The notes under the pieces are model-generated. The model was not told the origin of the DNA and ran no database searches. It worked only from the letters and a program-made list of their open reading frames with translations. This document shows, piece after piece, positions 58,879 through 64,000 of a stretch of 64,000 nt of DNA. Where the stretch lies: positions 272,275 to 336,274 of the forward strand of contig JBNAUL010000002.1 of NCBI GenBank assembly GCA_049700835.1, written 5' to 3'. The stretch comes from Candidatus Woesearchaeota archaeon. Its GTDB lineage: Archaea; Nanobdellota; Nanobdellia; Woesearchaeales; WAPY01. The translations under genes and the position numbers were made by a program. Within the stretch, counting starts at the first letter, position 1, and each line of letters starts with the position of its first letter.

Positions 58879-59427
58879 ATGAAAGCCAAAAAAGGTTTTG
58901 AATTATCAACAAGTTTTTTAGTAACTCTAATTTTATCAATAACGATACTAAGCATGGGAATATACTTTCTAAAAAGGGTTTTTAATAGTAGCGAAGACAT
59001 AACAAAAATGCCTATTGAGAATTTTAACAAGCAAATAGAAAACATATTGTGCGATGCAAACATAAAGGTTTGCGTTGGAACAAACAACAAGGAAATTCCT
59101 GTTGGAAAGTATGCTGTTTATACATTAAACATTCAAAACCATTTTGATAAGGAAAAAACATTCAGTGTAAAAGCCACAGTAAAAAATGGTGTTAAAAAAG
59201 ATGGCTCTACAATTAGAGAAGAGGATTGGAAAAAAATAAAATACTTGGTGCCAAAAAAGGAATACAAGATAAAGGGTTATGATAACGAAAGGGTTGGTGT
59301 TGCTGTTCAGCCCTCTCTTGGCAGTATTAGAGGAACTTACACAATAAAAATAGAAGTAAATTATAAAGATGATTCTGGGGTTGAACAAAATTATGGCAAT
59401 GAAATCATATATGCAATAGTTGTCTAA
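58879..59427 (+). CDS. class III signal peptide (pilin-like) protein
   Basis: MKAKKG-FELSTSFLVTLILSITILSMG; SD AGGTGG. Confidence 0.85.
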   Translation: MKAKKGFELSTSFLVTLILSITILSMGIYFLKRVFNSSEDITKMPIENFNKQIENILCDANIKVCVGTNNKEIPVGKYAVYTLNIQNHFDKEKTFSVKATVKNGVKKDGSTIREEDWKKIKYLVPKKEYKIKGYDNERVGVAVQPSLGSIRGTYTIKIEVNYKDDSGVEQNYGNEIIYAIVV

Positions 59428-59441
59428 AGAACAAGGCAAAA

Positions 59442-60164
59442 TCAAGCAAAACCATTTATTAAATTTAATAGTTCTTTTTTCTTGTTCTTTGCTTTTAGCA
59501 ATCCTGAAGCAACAAGCACTCCATTAGTTCCAAGCTCCAATGCTTTTCTTACATCTTTATTGTTCTTCACTCCAGCGCCGCAAAGCAGAATTGTTTTTTT
59601 TGTTTTGTTCTTATTTTTTGAATTAAAAATTACAACTGCTTCTTTTATTAGTTCTGGTCTTGCGCTTGAAACAGAAACCTTTCCTTCAATTAATTCTGGT
59701 GGTTCTAAAGCAATGAAATCAGGATTTAAGCTTATCATTTCACTCAACTTAGAAGCATCAGGAATGCAGACAAGAGAAAGCATTTTTAGTTTTTTAGAAG
59801 CTTGAACTAAGAATTTTATTCCTTCAAAACTTATTCTGTGCTCAGAATGATTAATTAGCAGTCCAGAACACTTGTTTTGTTTAAGCGCTTCTGGAATCAC
59901 AAAACCAGTGTTCCTGCCATAGGTTAATGGTTCTGCAACGCTAAATATCTTTATTCTTGTTTTTCTTGTTTTTGAAGCAATCCTGAAAACATCTGTCGGG
60001 TTTACAACAACAAAAACCTCTAAGTTCAATCTCTTGAATTCATCAGAAAAACTTTCTATAAGCTTCGCAAGTTTTTCGGCATTAAAGCCAACACCCTCTT
60101 CATAGTTTTTAAAATTTATTATCAGAAATTTTTTTTCTGCTTTTTTTCTCTTAATTTCTTTCAT
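59442..60164 (-). CDS. tpiA: triosephosphate isomerase, archaeal type
   Basis: INFKNY, NHSE, EPPELI, CGAGV, GVLVASG. Confidence 0.93.
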   Translation of the reverse strand: MKEIKRKKAEKKFLIINFKNYEEGVGFNAEKLAKLIESFSDEFKRLNLEVFVVVNPTDVFRIASKTRKTRIKIFSVAEPLTYGRNTGFVIPEALKQNKCSGLLINHSEHRISFEGIKFLVQASKKLKMLSLVCIPDASKLSEMISLNPDFIALEPPELIEGKVSVSSARPELIKEAVVIFNSKNKNKTKKTILLCGAGVKNNKDVRKALELGTNGVLVASGLLKAKNKKKELLNLINGFA

Positions 60165-60245
60165 AATAAAAAATCTAATTATCTTTTTGTTTATAAATCT
60201 TTTTAAAAAACAAAATTTATAAATAAAAGAGAATTTTTGTTTTTT

Positions 60246-61031
60246 ATGATAACATACGAGCCAGTAAGGGTGCTTTTTAGAATTTTTGGAATAAACATTT
60301 ATTCTTGGGGTTTTTTTGTGAGTTTTGGAATTCTTGTTGCATTGCTAGCAGCAAGAAAAACATATAAAAAAAAATTTGAAGAGATACTAAACTCTTTTTT
60401 AATAACATTCATTTTTTCAATAATTGGCGCAAGGATTGTTTATGTTTTGCTTAACATAAAACACTTTTACTATAAACCATTAGAGATATTAAACTTTCAA
60501 GGCGGAGGGCTTAGTTTTTTCGGAGCATTGTTCTTTGGGCTTTTAGGATTCATAATGTATTTTAAAATTAGAAAGATTGATTTTAGAGAATACCTTGACA
60601 TCTATGCTGTTTTCATACCACTAGTTCAAGCATTTGGAAGGATTGGTTGTTTTTTGAACGGGTGCTGTTATGGAAATGAGACAAAAATATTCTTTGGGAT
60701 AAAGTACTTAGGGGAAATTAGGCATCCTGCTCAGATATATGAGTCATTGCTCAATTTCATTTCATTCTTGTTCATTTACAAGATTAGAAATAAGGACGAA
60801 TTAAGAATAAAAAAAATCAGGATAAAATTCTTCAATGGAATATTGTTCTTAATCTATTTAATAAATTACAGCGCAATAAGGTTTCTTGTTGAGTTCTTCA
60901 GAGAAGAGCAGAGATTATTTTTAGGATTGACAAAAACTCAGTATTTGTGCTTGTTCATAATACTAACAAGCGGATTTATCATTTATAAAAATCAAAAGAA
61001 AGAGTTAGTTAAGAAAAAAATTAGGAAATAG
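60246..61031 (+). CDS. lgt: prolipoprotein diacylglyceryl transferase (bacterial-type)
   Basis: IGARIVYV, GGLSFFGA, QAFGRIGCFLNGCCYG, RHPAQIYE, RFLVEFFR. Confidence 0.9.
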   Translation: MITYEPVRVLFRIFGINIYSWGFFVSFGILVALLAARKTYKKKFEEILNSFLITFIFSIIGARIVYVLLNIKHFYYKPLEILNFQGGGLSFFGALFFGLLGFIMYFKIRKIDFREYLDIYAVFIPLVQAFGRIGCFLNGCCYGNETKIFFGIKYLGEIRHPAQIYESLLNFISFLFIYKIRNKDELRIKKIRIKFFNGILFLIYLINYSAIRFLVEFFREEQRLFLGLTKTQYLCLFIILTSGFIIYKNQKKELVKKKIRK

Positions 61032-61096
61032 AAATAGAATAAGGATTGCAAATAAAAATATAAAAAGATTTTAAAAATTTAGAATTAAAAACAAAA

Positions 61097-61873
61097 ATGT
61101 TTAATAAAAATAAGAGGATGAAAGAAAAAAAGAAGAGCGTTGAGGAACTATTAAAAGAGATTCCTGTTTTTGAGTGTGGAGAAAAACTTGTTAATCTTAA
61201 AAACTATTCTAAAAACATAGTAATAAGTTTGGATCCTGAAATTATGGAAAGAGAAGGACTGCCAGAAGATGTATGCTATGTAAGAAAAGGAGTTGCTAAG
61301 AGGTTACTAAAAGCTCAAAGATTGTTGCCAAATGGCTTTAGATTGAAGATTCAAGAGGGCTACAGAACTCTTAAGACACAAAGAAAACTTTTCATCAGCC
61401 ACTATAAAATGCTGAGAAAAAAACATCCTAATTTGGACAACAACAAAATAAAGGAGATGACTGAAAGGTTTGTTGCTTCTGCTTTCAAGTATCCTCCTCA
61501 TGCCACAGGAGGAGCAGTAGATATTACAATTGTAGGCCCTGACAACAAGGAATTGGACATGGGAACAAAGGTCAATGAAACAAGCAAAGAGTCATACACA
61601 AACTCAAAAAGGATTTCCAAGGAAGCAAGAATGAACAGGAGATTGTTGATTAGGGTTATGAGAAAGGCAGGTTTTGTTAATTACTATGCAGAGTGGTGGC
61701 ACTGGTCTTACGGTGACAGGTATTGGGCTGCTGTTTCAAAGAAGAAAAGGGCAATCTATGGAATAATAAACATTGATGTCAAAAAGATATACGAGCACAA
61801 AAAGGTAATAAAGCCAAAAAGAAAAAATAAAAAGCGAAGAACAAAAAATAGGATAATTAAGATGAAACGATGA
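61097..61873 (+). CDS. D-alanyl-D-alanine dipeptidase (peptidase M15D, VanX/DdpX-like)
   Basis: EGYR...Q, HATGGAVD, LDMGT, EWWHWSYGD. Confidence 0.9.
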   Translation: MFNKNKRMKEKKKSVEELLKEIPVFECGEKLVNLKNYSKNIVISLDPEIMEREGLPEDVCYVRKGVAKRLLKAQRLLPNGFRLKIQEGYRTLKTQRKLFISHYKMLRKKHPNLDNNKIKEMTERFVASAFKYPPHATGGAVDITIVGPDNKELDMGTKVNETSKESYTNSKRISKEARMNRRLLIRVMRKAGFVNYYAEWWHWSYGDRYWAAVSKKKRAIYGIINIDVKKIYEHKKVIKPKRKNKKRRTKNRIIKMKR

Positions 61874-62409
61874 ATGAGATAATAAGAAACGACAACATAA
61901 GGATTATTGAAGAATCCGTAAATGCTTTGAAGCAAGAGAACGCCATTAAACTTAAAGAGGTAAGTGACCACACAATACACAATGCAAGCATATTTCAAGA
62001 CGAGGACTCAATAACAATCGCTGTTCTGACATATGCACTCTCAAAAATACTAGAGAGAGGAATTGAAAACCGTTACTGGTTTGAAAAGAAACTTGAGTTT
62101 GCGAAAATCCAACTCATAAAGCAAAACATAGAGTTTTACAGGAAAATGATAAAGGAAATCTTCTCCCAGATAGCAAGAATTGACTCAAAACTCAAGATTT
62201 ATGTTCAGGAGGTTATTGAAAAGGCAAAGATAAAGAAAGGAGCAAAGCTCTACTATCACGGAATATCAATGGCAAGGACAGCTTCTGTGCTTGGAATAAC
62301 CCAGTGGGAACTCATGAACTACATAGGAAAGCTTGAAGAGCCGAGAACAGCTACTGCAAACATAAAGGGAAGAATATCATTTGCAAGGAAACTGTTCAAG
62401 CAAAAATAG
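61870..62409 (+). CDS. hypothetical protein with C-terminal HTH (UPF0175-like)
   Basis: GISMARTASVLGITQWELMNYIG; ATGA overlap with upstream gene. Confidence 0.7.
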   Translation: MNEIIRNDNIRIIEESVNALKQENAIKLKEVSDHTIHNASIFQDEDSITIAVLTYALSKILERGIENRYWFEKKLEFAKIQLIKQNIEFYRKMIKEIFSQIARIDSKLKIYVQEVIEKAKIKKGAKLYYHGISMARTASVLGITQWELMNYIGKLEEPRTATANIKGRISFARKLFKQK

Positions 62410-62512
62410 CAAGCGGAATTAAAGCATTATTAAAACATTAAGAGGTTTAAAGCGAGGTTAATATTATTAAGAGCATAGAGCATTGAACAAAATCCAATGA
62501 TTAAAATTTTCA

Positions 62513-63232
62513 ATGATTAAAATGTCAAGAACAATAATATTTGATTCAGGTCCTATAATAAGCTTAACTCTAAATAACCTGCTTTGGGTCTTGGAAGAAC
62601 TGAAAAAGGAATACAATGGAACATTTATAATACCTGAAAGCGTTAAAATAGAATTGATAGACAAGCCGTTTATGACTAAAAAATACAAGTTTGAAGCATT
62701 GCAGGTGATGAAGGAAATCTACAATGGAACCCTTAACATTGTAAAGAGTAGCATAATAAAAAACAGGACACAAGAAATTCTAAACATTGCAAACACTACA
62801 TTCAAAGCCCACAACTCTTTTGTTCAAATAGTGCAGGAAGGGGAGATAGAAGCAATCTCTGCATACAAGCATTTAAACGCAGAAGCGATTGTTATTGACG
62901 AGAGAACAACGAGAATGCTCATAGAGGAACCGCATGCTTTGAAAAAACTTATGGAATCAAGGCTTCACACAAACATAGAAGTAAACAAGGAAAATTTCAT
63001 CAAACTAAAGAACATTTTTTCAGGCATAAATGTCATAAGGTCGACAGAGATAGCAACAATTGCTTATGAAAAGAAAATTCTAAATACGCTAATAGTTCCT
63101 AACGAAGAAAAGGTTTACAAGAACTTGAAGATTGAACTTTTAGAGTCAATACTTTGGGGTTTGAAACTTAGCGGATGCTCTATAAGCGAGCATGAGATAA
63201 ACGGCATTCTCAGAATGGAGTCAAGAATTTAA
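62513..63232 (+). CDS. PIN-domain protein (DUF3368-like)
   Basis: IIFDSGPIISL, IPESV..E, GEIEAI, IVIDER. Confidence 0.75.
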   Translation: MIKMSRTIIFDSGPIISLTLNNLLWVLEELKKEYNGTFIIPESVKIELIDKPFMTKKYKFEALQVMKEIYNGTLNIVKSSIIKNRTQEILNIANTTFKAHNSFVQIVQEGEIEAISAYKHLNAEAIVIDERTTRMLIEEPHALKKLMESRLHTNIEVNKENFIKLKNIFSGINVIRSTEIATIAYEKKILNTLIVPNEEKVYKNLKIELLESILWGLKLSGCSISEHEINGILRMESRI

Positions 63233-63259
63233 GTTTTTGAATTTGAGTTTTTACAACCA

Positions 63260-64000
63260 TTAAAGTTTCCTTATTTTTGCAACAAAGAATCCATCTGTGT
63301 TGTTGTCCTGAGGCCATATTCTCAGGCAATCTTGTATCCTGTCATCAAAGTACTCTCCTTCAAAGTTTAAGATAGGATTTGAACTCTTGGCTTCCAATCT
63401 AATCTTTTCAATCTCCGCGTTTTCATGCCTTTTCAGGAGATGGTTTATTACTGCTTCGTCTTCTTCTGGTTCCATGGTGCAAGTAGAATAAACCAAAACC
63501 CCTTCTTTATCAAGAATTTCAAATGAGTGTTCAATGAGTTTTTTTTGAAGGTTTGACAATCTCTTTATCATGTTAACATTGTAAATCTCAACTGTTGATG
63601 GTGATTTTCTTATTGTCCCTGTTCCAGAACAAGGAGCGTCCAATAAAATTTTTGAAAAGTTCTCTCTTATTGAAAGCCCGTCCTGATTTGTTATTACAAC
63701 ATTAAGAGCTCCTACTCTCTGAACATTTATTCCAAGAGCCTTTATTCTTGAGTAATCAGGATCGTTTGCAACGATCACTCCTCTGTTGCGCATGAGTTCT
63801 GCCAGCAGAGTTGTTTTTGAGCCAGGAGCAGCAGCAACATCCAAAACCTTATCCTCTTCTGAAGGATTTAACACTAAAGGAGGAATCATTGAAGCCGCTT
63901 CCTGAACATAGATGTAACCCAAGAGGTGCTCTAGAGTATTTCCAATGTCTCTTCTTTCTCCTACATAAAAATAACCGCGCTCATACCATGGAATCCTCTC
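63260..64000 (-). CDS. RsmB/NOP2 RNA m5C methyltransferase (5' end beyond window)
   Basis: QEAASM, DVAAAPGSKT, LLDAPCSG, YSTCT; frame open to the window edge. Confidence 0.92.
   Translation of the reverse strand, partial: ERIPWYERGYFYVGERRDIGNTLEHLLGYIYVQEAASMIPPLVLNPSEEDKVLDVAAAPGSKTTLLAELMRNRGVIVANDPDYSRIKALGINVQRVGALNVVITNQDGLSIRENFSKILLDAPCSGTGTIRKSPSTVEIYNVNMIKRLSNLQKKLIEHSFEILDKEGVLVYSTCTMEPEEDEAVINHLLKRHENAEIEKIRLEAKSSNPILNFEGEYFDDRIQDCLRIWPQDNNTDGFFVAKIRKL

Overview
Low-GC archaeal chromosome segment with three 100-N scaffold gaps. Archaeal ribosomal and information genes (rpl15e, rps3ae, rpl10e, rpl11, ftsZ-secE-spt5, ABCE1, Taw1, DTD2), a form III RuBisCO, an intron-containing tRNA and several class III (type IV pilin-like) signal peptide proteins point to a DPANN archaeon, probably Woesearchaeota-like (inference). 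Most of the window is housekeeping: the oapABC/arvABC GTPase operon, the UDP-GlcNAc pathway (glmS, glmM, glmU), two PGI/PMI paralogs, a ROK kinase, Rad50, tRNA/rRNA modification enzymes and four tRNAs. The most interesting signals are: (1) a pilin-like surface protein ending in a non-canonical Hint domain, joined through a very GC-rich Pro/Thr linker; (2) a frameshifted, signal-less pilin paralog missed by the ORF track, just upstream of two intact pilin-like genes; (3) bacterial envelope enzymes Lgt and VanX-type D-Ala-D-Ala dipeptidase side by side; (4) a divergent UPRTase-like gene head-to-head with RuBisCO; (5) a Hel308 lacking its N-terminal ATPase domain; (6) a compositionally mosaic bacterial-type surface protein; and (7) several non-coding structures (tRNA 3'-end repeats, a 261-bp direct repeat, a candidate eL15 leader, an SD-overlapping palindrome before a tiny acidic peptide). 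No CRISPR array, integrase or transposase was seen. All family assignments come from motif recognition by eye, not from database searches.
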